Source: Rhizophagus irregularis | Lineage: Eukaryota | Reading direction: 5' to 3' | Length of the DNA: 64,000 nt | NCBI RefSeq assembly: GCF_026210795.1 | Contig: NC_089432.1 | Coordinates: 3,968,001 to 4,032,000, forward strand | Shown here: piece by piece, positions 11,929-23,294 of the stretch | How positions within the stretch are numbered: position 1 is the first letter of the stretch | Layout: each line of letters starts with the position of its first letter | Notes under the pieces: model-generated | Databases searched by the model: none | Told to the model about the DNA's origin: nothing | What the model saw: the letters and a program-made list of their open reading frames with translations, nothing else | Translations under genes and position numbers: made by a program

Positions 11929-14385
11929 ATTTTATTATTTCTTATATCGCTTTTACATTCTAGCTATATCTTTAAGCCTTTCTTGATATTTGTATTTTTG
12001 TGCTAATATACTTTTTATTACCACAATATAATCTAATTACCACACACATATAATCTAAATACCACGCTATTCTTCTTGTTTCTAAGTCATTTATTTGTTA
12101 AATTATACAATGGAGTTCTTGACCTTCTGTAGTTATTTGGATACCTGGTTTATATCGAGTACTGTGCCTCCTGCACCTGATTGGGTGCTGGATTTTATAT
12201 TGGAGTACTTACCTTTGCGCCTATTTGGTTGCCTTTCTAGATGTTGAAAAAAAGTGACGGGTGGCGCAGTAAATTTGCATTTAATTTCGGCTGACACTAT
12301 GCTATAATTCCGGCTGATCTTTTGGGCATGTGATTTGAGGATCCAGCCTGGCGCCATGGAACTATCGTGGAACTGGCAGGGAACTGTCATGGAACTGGTG
12401 AAGAACTGGCAGGAAGCTAGAGTGGTTCTATTAATTCACCAGTTTCAGATCACTTATATTGCCAGCTTGGATGCCAAGTTCTTATGCCCAAAGATCTGGT
12501 CAAAATTGTGAAATAGTGTTGGCCGAAATTAAGCGAATCTATACTGCGCCTTACTGCGCCATAGTCACGTGATACTGTTCCGGTGACAGAACACCCTCAC
12601 ATAGTTACGGGCTAGTGACGGGGATGTTCTGGGAAAGTTTCTGGAACCCAATATATATGCATCTGTGCCACATATTTTTTGTATCCATATATTTCCGAAA
12701 TCTTCCTAACACTCTCGAGCTCCAGTCTGGTGGACAGTTGGTTAGTAGAGAATTGGAGGTACAATATGTATTATCTTGGCCTGACCCATTTGATTACCAA
12801 AAAGTGCGCCATCATGCAACCTAATTATTGTCAGTACATGTATGCCTATTTCATGTCCAAAGTTGAAGATGCGATATGTATTATTGTGGCTGGCCCATCT
12901 ATACCATACCCGAATACATATCTAGAAAGATGAAGGCTTCTGCCAATATTTATATAATAGATTACGCAGTTACCTTCACTTTTAGATGTATATCCACTTG
13001 CCTTTCTTTTTCGATTCTTTATCTAAGTTTGCTATCGCTTCTTTTTTTCGCGTATTTGTCTATCCTAGATGTCATATATGTCCGAGCACATACTAGTGTT
13101 AGGGTAGCCTTCTGCCAATATTTTATATAATGATTACGCAGAAGGCTACCCTATAAAGAATGTATTTATTTGTGTCTCCGAAGTGTCCAAGAGGGGCCAG
13201 CCAACTTCGTATCTCTTTTTGGTATACCTCTATATTACGCGGAGGCTATACCATATCTGAGTACATATCTAGGAAGATGGGGGCTTCTTCCAATATTTTA
13301 TATAATAATTCCGAAGTTATCCCATCTAAAAGTATATACCCGTTTCCCTTTTATTTACGATTTGCTTACTGGGTTGCTATACGCCTCTTTTTACATCCTA
13401 TTAACAATGCTAAGGTGAAGGCTTCTGCCAATTTTTATATAATAGATTACGCAGAAGCCTTCACTTTTAGATATATATCCGGTTGCCTTTCTTTTTCGAT
13501 TCGTTTAATAAGTTCACTATCGTTTCTTTTTGCATCCACCGAAAAAAATAAATTAAACATTTCCGAATTTTATAAAGTAATATAAACATTTTCGAACTAA
13601 CACCATGCATACACCAACTAGTTTCGACCAAACCGATCACTCTGGCCCTCTCGTTTACTTCAACGGCGCCAGTCCCGATGAATATTTAAGTGATTCAAGC
13701 AGTTGTACTGATAATAAATCCGACTTGGGGTCAGATGATTATAATGACAATGAGTCTAATTATGAGTCGAATAATGAAGAAGCTACCGGTACCTCAACCG
13801 ACATTACCACGACTCCATCATTTCAGTACTCTTTAAGGCAGGAAAAGTTTAATGATAAATTTTCTTCTAAGGATTTGCTAAATGCCATTCGGAGGATTTT
13901 CTCATCACCACCTAGAGATATGTCAGATGAAAAAGGCTCATTGGAAGATCTCCCAATCTATTCATTCCTCTTTCCGAATGAAAAAGGGTCTAGTTTATAT
14001 AACGCTTACGATCGGGGTGAAGTGGAAAATAAATTGGTTATCAAAATCGACCAAGATGGTGATCATGCCCCCAAATTTTCCGTTGCAGATGACATTTCAG
14101 AAGTATATGGTTTACCCGGGATTCATGAATGTATTAATAGACAAAAGCCTTTAAGAGCTGTGATTGATATCGATGCGTCGCAAAAAGATATGGAAACAGC
14201 TGATGTCAAGGGGCAAGAAGTGTTCATTCGAATCTGTTGCTCTTTCATAAGAGCTTTGTACCGAATTCTTGACTGTGGTTGGGAAGACATTCTCAAAGGG
14301 TTAATAGTTACTACATCATCAGATTCTAGCAAATGTAGTTATCATATCTTATATGCACCGGCTCTCCTTATCGATCACCAAGAGC

Positions 14386-17300
14386 TAAAGCTCCGCATGA
14401 GCCAGCTTGAGCCGAGCTAAGGTCTGGCTTGGGCTTGGCTCGAAAAAATGTACTGAGCCAAGCCGAGCCGAGCCACAAATTCTTATGGCTCAGCTCAATA
14501 TGAGCCGAGCTATAATAATTCTTAGCTCGAAACAAATGAGCTGAGCCGAGCTTCAATAAATTTTGGCTCGAGCCAAGCTGAGCTCGAGCTACTATTTGTT
14601 TATAATTTGTATTTATAATTGACATAATTATGTTATTTATGTAGAATATTTTTTATTTATTTTTTATTTATTTATTTATTCAATTTTTATTTATTTAATT
14701 TAAAATCTAATTTAATTAATAAATTATAATTACCGGCACACATTTTTTCAACATTTATTTGTTAATTTCACTTCCGTCTGACCCTTTCCGTTATTCAGAC
14801 TACTATTATGAGCAATTATCAAGTCTACTATTTTACTTTATCATTAAGTTTTACCCTCCAACCTTTCATACATAATTACCGCTTCAGAATGTCCAACAAG
14901 CAACCGAAACCTAGTTATCCCGGGTTCATCTAAAGAGTCCGGCAACCTAAAGAAAATAGTAGAAACGTTAGTACTTTTCTTCTATATATTAAAAAAAAAT
15001 TACTCCCCAATTCCCGCTAACATATACTTGCACACATTCCAAATCCGGACCTTCCAAATCTAAAAAAAAGAATCAAAATGTTAGTAACGTTTCGTTAAAT
15101 TATAAGAAAAAAATTATTTCGATTACCTTCAAACATTAGAAGCCGGTCCGTCCCTACAAAAAAAGAAAGGTAAAGAACGTTAATAACGTTCTTGTAGTTC
15201 TTGTATTGAAAAACCCTCCCTTTCCTCACATTACCTCAAGAAGCTGTGTGCCGAAAGATTCGTTCCTACTTCCTACAAAAAAGAAAAGAACAGAACGTTA
15301 GTTAACGTTCTTATATTAAAAGAATTATTAATATAATATCTCCCCCTGTAACTTACCATTTTATGGAATTCCAAGTCCAGGAAAAAAATAAAAATAAAAT
15401 AAAAAATTTAACGGTATAATAAGATTGTTTGAACGAAAAAAAAATTTTTTTAAAAAAAAAATAAAAATGAATAACGGTTTAAAATAAAGAAACCGTTTAA
15501 CGAAAAAGGAAAAAAAATAAACCCGTTTTTTTTTAATAATAAACCTAAAAAATATACAAAGCGCTACAAATTTAATGTATAAAGTTGAAGGAAGGAAAAA
15601 AAAATTAAGATTATCGATCGGTAAATCGGATCGATAAGTCACATGTAAAGATGTACCGTAATATTAATTTTGACTGTGAAACTGAAAAGTAACTGTGCTA
15701 AACTAATTTTGGTAGCTAAACTAATTTTAGCTAAGCCAATTTTATTAATTTTCCGTGTCTTAATTATTTAAAAGTAGTTATCGTCTGTATGGAAAAAAAA
15801 AATTCGAGTTGATAATTTCAGTTATCATCCATGCAAAATAATCCAACTTAAGTCATTCTTTTACGGGTTCTTTTTTGACGGCTTTCTCTTAAGATAAAAA
15901 GATTTATATATCCGAATAATGTCCAACCCTTCTTCACCTATTCCCGTTCCCACTCCTATTGTTGAACTTGAAGCGAATACTAATTCTTCTTCAAGCAGCA
16001 AAAGATCCCTTGTTTATCAATTTTTTACTTATAAGTCTCCAAAATATTATTGCAACTATTGTCCTAAGAGTTTTTCAAACAAATCAACTTCTACGTTATG
16101 GCGTCATGTAAATAAACACCACCCAAAAATTGTTGCTGAAACTCAAAAACAAGAGGAAAAAATCGGTGAAATGGATAAGTTCGTAATTTCTGATCAAAAA
16201 GAAAATGTAAGTTTAATATTTATTTTAATACCATATTAAAGATCCTTATTATTAATATATCAATATAATTATATCATTTTTTTAGTTTAGCCAAAAAGGA
16301 TATAGAAAAAGATTGATTCGTTGGGTAGTTAATAATGATCAACCGTTTAATGTGACCGAAAATAGGGAATTTCGGGACATGATGACATTTATTCGACCAG
16401 GTATGCACATTCCCTCTGCTGATACTATACGACGAGATTTAACTGAAAACTTTAAAACTTCAAAAGATGTATTTAGACAACAACTGCAGGTTAATAACTA
16501 ATGTTTATATGTAATGATTTTATATTATATGGGTATTAAATCAATCCAAATAAAAACAATAGGAAGCACCCGGTCGCCTATCTTTCACAGTGGATGCTTG
16601 GACCAGCAAGAATCAAATTCCATTTCTTGGGATAAGTGTTCACTGGATAAATGACAAATGGGAATTAAAATGTACTACATTGGATTTTTGTATTTTATCA
16701 GGATCCCATACTGGAGCTAATTTATCACAAAGATTTTTAGAAGTCCTTCAAGAGTTTGGTATAACAACAAAAGTAAATGTTTAATTGTTTATTTACAATT
16801 TATATTTTTTTTCATAATTAACTAATAATTGTTTATTCTTTATTGTATATAGATTTTAGCAATTGGATGTGATAATGCTTCCAACATGGACGTGATGCTA
16901 GAAAACATTTCGCAGTCTTTAAAATTACAAAATATAATATTTGATCCAAATAATCATCGCGTCCGATGCCTTGCACATGTTATAAATTTAGGCGCAAAAA
17001 AATTAATAGATCATCTTTATGTGACTAATAAAATATCATATGAAGATGAAAATACCTTTGAAGTATCCGAAGATAATGATGATAATTTGAAAGATGCTAT
17101 ATATAAGGTAATAAATATTATTGCAAAAATACCAATTTTATAATTGCTAATTGTTTAATTTATTAAATTTAAAGCTTCGCAAGGTTATAGTAAAAATTAG
17201 AGCATCTCCACAGCGCCGAGAAAAACTTAAGCAACAATGTATTGCTGCTAATATTAAACCACTTGAACTTATCCCGGATGTGTCAACGCGATGGAATTCG

Positions 17301-18880
17301 ACTGATGACATGATAACACGTGCATTGGAATTAAAACAAGTAATATTAGTTTTATTATTTAAATTTTTTTAAAAAATTATTAAATTTCTAATTAATAATT
17401 AATTATACAGCCTCTTCATAATACCGCATCAGCTGATAAAGATTTAAGAAAGTATATACTTTCAGAAGAGGAATGGAATTGTATTTTAGAAGTACATGAG
17501 ATATTGCAGGTTAGTTATTTATTGATTAATAATATACACGAAAAATAATAAAAAAAATATTTTCAAGAAATTAAATCTTTTTTTATCTTTTTATTTACAG
17601 TGTTTTAAAAAGAGTACTAATTTTAGCACTGGACAGCAATATCCAACGTTATCGTATAGTGTTCCTATATACAACTATTTGCTAGATAAGCTTGAAGACG
17701 AGTATGAAAAAAAGGAAAGTGAAAAAGGCGAAGAGAATGAAGTTGTAGTAGCATTAAATGAATCAATCGAAAAAATAAAACAATATTATGCATTTACAGG
17801 TGCATTAGTTTATACAGTAGCAACAGGCAAGTTTATCATTATCATTATGTCTAATTTTATGATATTTAAATATTAAATTTATTTCTTATAATTTATTACT
17901 AAATAGTGATGGATCCTCGCCTTAAACTTCAATATTATAGGGATAATAAATGGGAGGAATCCTTTATTCAAGAAGCCAAAAAACAAGTTGTTGAATTATG
18001 GAAGTCAACGTATAAAGTAAATAGTGCAGATAATGAAGAATCACATGATGATGATGATGAAATTTTCGGTCATATATTTAAGAAACGGAAATTAAATAAT
18101 GATGAATTAAGTATATACTTAGATGAAAAAATAATTCCCGGAAAAACAGATATTCTTGCATGGTGGAAGGTATATAAATAATATTATTTATTATATTATT
18201 ATTTTATATTATTAATGTTATTAAATTAATTTTTATAGGCGCACGAAGTGGAGTACCCGAATTTGTCTAAAATGGCGCGTGATTACTTATCTATTCCAGG
18301 TTAATATATATATATATATCAAAATAGTAAATTACCGATCAATAAACTATTATTAATTATTTTATTTATATAATTTATTATTTTTATAGCCACTAGTGCA
18401 CCTGTAGAGCGAATTTTCTCAGGTGGCACCGATTTAGTTGTTCAAAAACGTTGTAGTCTTAAAGATGAATCAATTCAAAAAGTAATGTGTCTTAAAGGAT
18501 GGTGGAAATCGGGTTTTGGTGGAATAACTATTGTAAATGATTAATATAAAAGTAAAATTATATCTATTGTTAGTTTGATTATTAAATGTTAAATTTTAAA
18601 TAATAAATAATAAAATAATAAAATAAACAATATTTTATATCAAATTTTAGTAATTTAAAATCGAGCCAGCTCGAGCTATTTAAGCCAAGCTTATTATTGG
18701 CTCGAGCTTTTTTGAACTGATTTATTACCGGCTTGAGCTTTTTGAGCTGAGCCTATTACCGGCTTGAGCTCTTTTCAAGCTGGCTCGTGAGCTACGAGCC
18801 AATTTAATTATGGCTCAGTTCGGCTCAGCTTGAAAAGCTTGAGCCAGCTCACAAGCCAGCTCGGCTCATGCGGAGCTTTA
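14386..18880 (+). mobile_element. hAT DNA transposon nested in the primase-helicase gene
   Basis: TIRs TAAAGCTCCGCATGAGCC / GGCTCATGCGGAGCTTTA; 8-bp TSD CCAAGAGC (14378-14385, 18881-18888); subterminal GAGCC/GAGCT repeats. Confidence 0.95.
15919..18544 (+). CDS. Multi-exon hAT transposase with BED zinc finger
   Basis: CNYC..LWRHVNKHH, DAWTS, CDNASN, RCLAHVINL, DVSTRWNST, DPRLK, WWK..YPNLSKMARDYLSIP, ATSAPVERIFS; GT-AG introns between ORF pieces. Confidence 0.9.
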
Positions 18881-21800
18881 CCAAGAGCTTAAATCATTCA
18901 CCGAATTAGTATATACCTTAACTGGGGAAAAATTTGGCAAGTTTATTGATCAGAATCTATCTGGTCATAATTTTAACCTTCGCCTTATTGGTTCGGCAAA
19001 AAAAGGTCACGTGAAACGAATTCTTCAGTTTTCACTAGATAATGGGTGGAATGAACTCGATCACGTTAGAGTCCAACCACCTACTAACTTAGGCCTCGAA
19101 GTAAGACCCCGGCTACTTAGTGAAGAAAAAAATAACAACCCACTAAGGATAATTGTAAGTCAGGATGTATTACAAAAATGCGCGAACTTAGTTTTGCAAA
19201 AGCATTTTAACTATCTTAGGAATTGGACTATCGAAGAAAAGGATTCACAATACTTCGTATATTTTAACCGGAAAGCTTCACTAGAATGTCCACTATGTAA
19301 ACATATACATGACAAGGATCAGCGGTGGTTCGGACATGTATCTGCTAGTGGTACATTTATTGTGAAATGTTTTCGGCAAAATAGTGATGAACCTGGGGAA
19401 GTTTTTGAATGCGACCCATCTATTGCGGAAAAAATTCAGCAAAAAAATAAAAATATATCTTCGGCGCCTAGCAAGATAAAAGGCTTAGGTTTTCCTAAAG
19501 CCTTCTTAAAATTCCCATCTTGGGTTAAGTATAATGAGCCCCTTTCAGCGACAGAAATATATGACGAGAGATATGTAAGACCATTACCGGATGAAGGTGA
19601 TATCTATGTAGGATCGCCTTGGGAGACGGGAAAAACATATGTTCTCGAGCATCTTACTATATCTGACGATGTGAATTTGCTAGTATTATCTACGCGCCAC
19701 TCTTACTCGAATGCCGTCACTACAAGACTCAATCTCAAATCATATTGCGATATCGATAGTAATATAAATCTACCTGATCATAAGAGGGTAGTATGTCAGA
19801 TAGAAAGTTTACACCGTATTACTAATAATTGCAAATGTAATAAAAAATGTAAATGTTCTCCAAGCCAATATGATTTATGGCTTGATGAAATAGTATCTAT
19901 AATTGCTCAGGCACAAGGTCATTTGGCGGGTCAATCAATAGAGAAACTATATAAATTAATCCAAGAGGCTAGGCGTATTATCGTCATGGATAATGATCTT
20001 ACTGATCTAAATATCGAATGGATTAAGGCCCTTCGCAAGGATAAACTATTCTCAGTTATCCACAATACTTATCAACCACAGGAAGGGAAAACATTCCGCC
20101 TAGCCTCTAATAAAGAAACTGTGTTAGCCGAACTTTGGGATTGGGCTAGGAGAATATCTTCACTACCTTCTGATAAACGAACAAGTGCATCACTCATCTG
20201 TCATCTCAGAAAGGATGTGCAAGGGATCGTTCGTGCTCTCAAGACCGATTTTCCGGAATTGAGGATCAAAGAATATCATGGTAAATCTGATCCAGAAGAA
20301 AAGGCTAACGACTTCAGTAACGTAGAAGAATCATGGAGCAATGTTGATCTAGGTGCGTATACAAGTACTTTAAAAATAGGAGTATCTTGCACTAATCCCA
20401 AGTTCGAACGGGCGTTCTGCATCTTTAACAGTTATATAGAAACGAACGCTGGAACGAATCAGATGCTATTCCACATGCGGTGCATTAAAGATTATATATG
20501 CCATATCGAACAAAGATCTTCTAACGTCCCCATTACAGAAGATGGGTTATTTCGATGGTTGTTGAATGCTAAACGTGAATGCCTCCCCCGAGAACTCCAG
20601 AATAGAGGAATATTCCCAGATGTAGATTCTATTATCCGGAATAAGGACGTACCAACTGTTCGATTATGGGTGGCATTCATGTTGGAAAAATTCCGTTCCC
20701 GAAGATTATTTGGTTGGAGGATGGTTGATTTTCTCCGAAATGCAGGTATGGTAATTTCTATCATAGAACTTATGCCTAAACCTAAAGATAATACGATATC
20801 ATTATCCCAGACAGTAAGGGTGAGTTCATCTATCATTAAAGCAGAAGAAATCTCAGATATATCAAATGCCCGTATTCTTGATCATGAGATAGCTGAGGTT
20901 TTGGAAAATAAGCCGAAGAAGACTTTAGAGGAAATGCAATCTTTAGACCGGCATCATATTGTAGAATGTTATGAGATTCCGCCTGAATCATTGACCGAAG
21001 AATTCATATCGAAGTATGGGAATTATAATCATATGAAATGGTTTAGAGCTTATAGACAGTTACGGGACGCTGGCACTGATAATGAAACGGCTGTTGAGGC
21101 TATTACCCGTAAAGATTACAGAGAGGATAGACTCGCAACCGTGACCCGAGCTGAGAGACATAGTATCTGCTTGGAGTTGCTAAGAAATTGTACACCCGCT
21201 AAAGACGTTGACGATAGAGCACGATATAAAGCTGATGATGTTAGAACGCGCATGAACTCTCCTAAATCGATATTATATCTCCAGGATTTAGTACCCAAAA
21301 TGGCTCGAGTATTTGATAATACAGATGCATCGCGCAGAGCTAAAAAATCGGGATTGAAAACAGATCGGGCAAAACTTGGTTTATTAAATGCATCACTTTA
21401 CGCAACTTATGGATTAAAATTTAAGGCTATAGATAAGAATTGTAGACATTACCACCTAGTAGGTTCATTTGATAGTAAAGATGCTCCTAGATTACCTTCA
21501 TATCAAACGGGCGAAGAAATTTATTGGGTAAATGGTGAAGATACTCGGTATGGGTATAGTAAACTCCCACCCGATGAATTGATATTAGATAATTTTACTA
21601 GCTCTAGCAAAGTGGATAATACGCAAAATACAGAAGATATTCAGGACTTATTTGATATATGCTAATACCATTCGATTACGTATCAGGTAAGTGAAGGCTT
21701 CTGCCATTTTTATATAATATAATTCCGCAGAAGCCTTCATTTTTCGGCATATATTATTAAAAAAATATCTCTAACTTTGCGTCACTCTGGCCAGGATATA

Positions 21801-21913
21801 TAGTCACATATTTTGAGACGTGGGCTTCTACCAAAATTTTATATAATAATCGACTAATGAATGATATATTTTTTTTGCTTACTTTCCTAGTGCTCTGAAT
21901 TTCGAGTTAACCC

Positions 21914-22350
21914 CTAATCCCCAAATAGACCTAGACCTATATCCTCATCATCTGACTCAGAAACCGGAGCTTCATAGATTCTGGGTTGAAGGGGTCTAGC
22001 CACATCACTTAGCTCGAAAATTGGAGCTTCAGGGATTCTGGGTTGAAGGGATTCATTCCCATCACCCAGTTCGAAAATTGAAGCTTCAGGGATTCCGAGT
22101 TGACGGGTCTCAGCCTTATACTTCTGCCTCATTCGATAATTCAGTGCATGAAACTTTGCAGAATATTTGGAACAATATTTGGCGCAATACCTGAATCAGC
22201 ATCAGTAGGAAATCTACAAATAAGGCAGGGTCTTTTTTTCATATTTTTTTCATATAATTTCCAGTGCCTTGCACAGCCAGTAATACGAGTACTGACTCTT
22301 CCACAAATGGAACCATCTCTCTTGATATGCGGGCAAGTAACACGATCCAT
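21914..22350 (-). pseudogene. Small Cys/His Zn-binding protein with repeated acidic C-terminus (apparently frameshifted)
   Basis: CPHIKRDGSICGR..GCARH and CLIC motifs; adjacent ORFs 22141-22350 and 21914-22132 with an LQPRIxEAP repeat. Confidence 0.45.
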
Positions 22351-22465
22351 GTACAGTAAGTATTTTAGGATATAAAAGCCTTTTCACTTTTAATTTTATA
22401 ATAAAATGTATATTTAAATTATTCGGTATTAAGATAAGTCATAAACGACTTTTCATACTAACGCC

Positions 22466-22969
22466 ATGGACATATCAGGCCAATTGACAGAATACGAGCC
22501 CGCTCACGAAAAAATCTATAACCCCAAATCTAATCGCATGATAGTTATAAATGGGCCAGTGTATCGTAAATTATTATGTGGTGGTTATATCCATTGGAGA
22601 GAAGAAAGGCTTTTGATTCCGCCTTTACATGAATTACCAATATTAAGAAGATATCTTTCTTTCATTTCATATCGTATCTGGAACATTGTATCGGAAAGAA
22701 GTTTACTAGCAGTGGTTAACGAAAAAATAAGCCTATTGCAGATTTTACTCAAAGCTAATTGGCATGATTTTACTTTATGTCAACTATTAAAATTATGCTG
22801 GGAGCGTGAAGAGACGAAAGCTTGGAGGAGTAATGTACTCATGAAATTCCTCCATCATCTGAATTTAGCTCCTTTAAAGTATAGACCGGGAGCTTTATGC
22901 GATGCATTTATCAAGACAGATGTTTTAGGGCCGGAACATATATTAACTCTAGCACGAACGTTTTACTAA
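22466..22969 (+). CDS. Hypothetical protein with an N-terminal NPxS/TxRxI..GxxYxxL motif (2-cysteine-adaptor-like, known from large DNA viruses)
   Basis: IYNPKSNRMIVINGPVYRKL; intronless 167-aa ORF. Confidence 0.5.
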   Translation: MDISGQLTEYEPAHEKIYNPKSNRMIVINGPVYRKLLCGGYIHWREERLLIPPLHELPILRRYLSFISYRIWNIVSERSLLAVVNEKISLLQILLKANWHDFTLCQLLKLCWEREETKAWRSNVLMKFLHHLNLAPLKYRPGALCDAFIKTDVLGPEHILTLARTFY

Positions 22970-23294
22970 ATATTACTATAACATTTTGGTCTTAGATCAT
23001 TCATAGCCTTGGAATGGGGGTTCCATGACTATGTATTTTTTTTCGCATATCCTATCTACCCGCAATTTTCAAATGTTTGCAGAGAAAACCCGGCCATAGT
23101 GGGTGGATTCACGTAGTGAACACTCAGCATAAGCTATATTATTATTTTTCGCTCCTCCAATCCTCCGATAGCTTTCACCGACCATGAGGTAGTGAAATGG
23201 GGGAATATTTTTTTCGAATTGAACTTTATCCCACTTAATATAATCTGAATACCACAGATTATCTAACTACTACATATAATCTACATACCACATA

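Larger units (their letters stand above)
11675..13638 (+). repeat. Left terminal inverted repeat (~1964 bp)
   Basis: Reverse complement of 52377-56752 once the nested hAT is removed; mirrored ORFs in the ORF track (e.g. 12615 vs 55604, 12133 vs 56037). Confidence 0.95.
13605..21665 (+). pseudogene. AEP primase fused to a UL9/origin-binding-protein-like SF2 helicase (~1185 aa), split by a hAT insertion
   Basis: Primase motifs RAVIDID, CSYHILY, NFNLRLIGSAK; Zn motif CPLC..H..C; helicase motifs GSPWETGKT, LWLDEIVS, YTSTLKIGVS. Removing 14386-18888 joins 13605-14385 in frame to 18889-21665 (DHQEL-KSFTELV..KKGHVKRILQF). Confidence 0.88.

Noticed and set aside
12133..13585. Short ORFs within the TIRs (and their mirrors at 52430-52846 and 55298-56294)
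   Set aside because: They overlap in several frames, run through palindromic repeats and show no protein motifs; their duplication reflects the TIR only.
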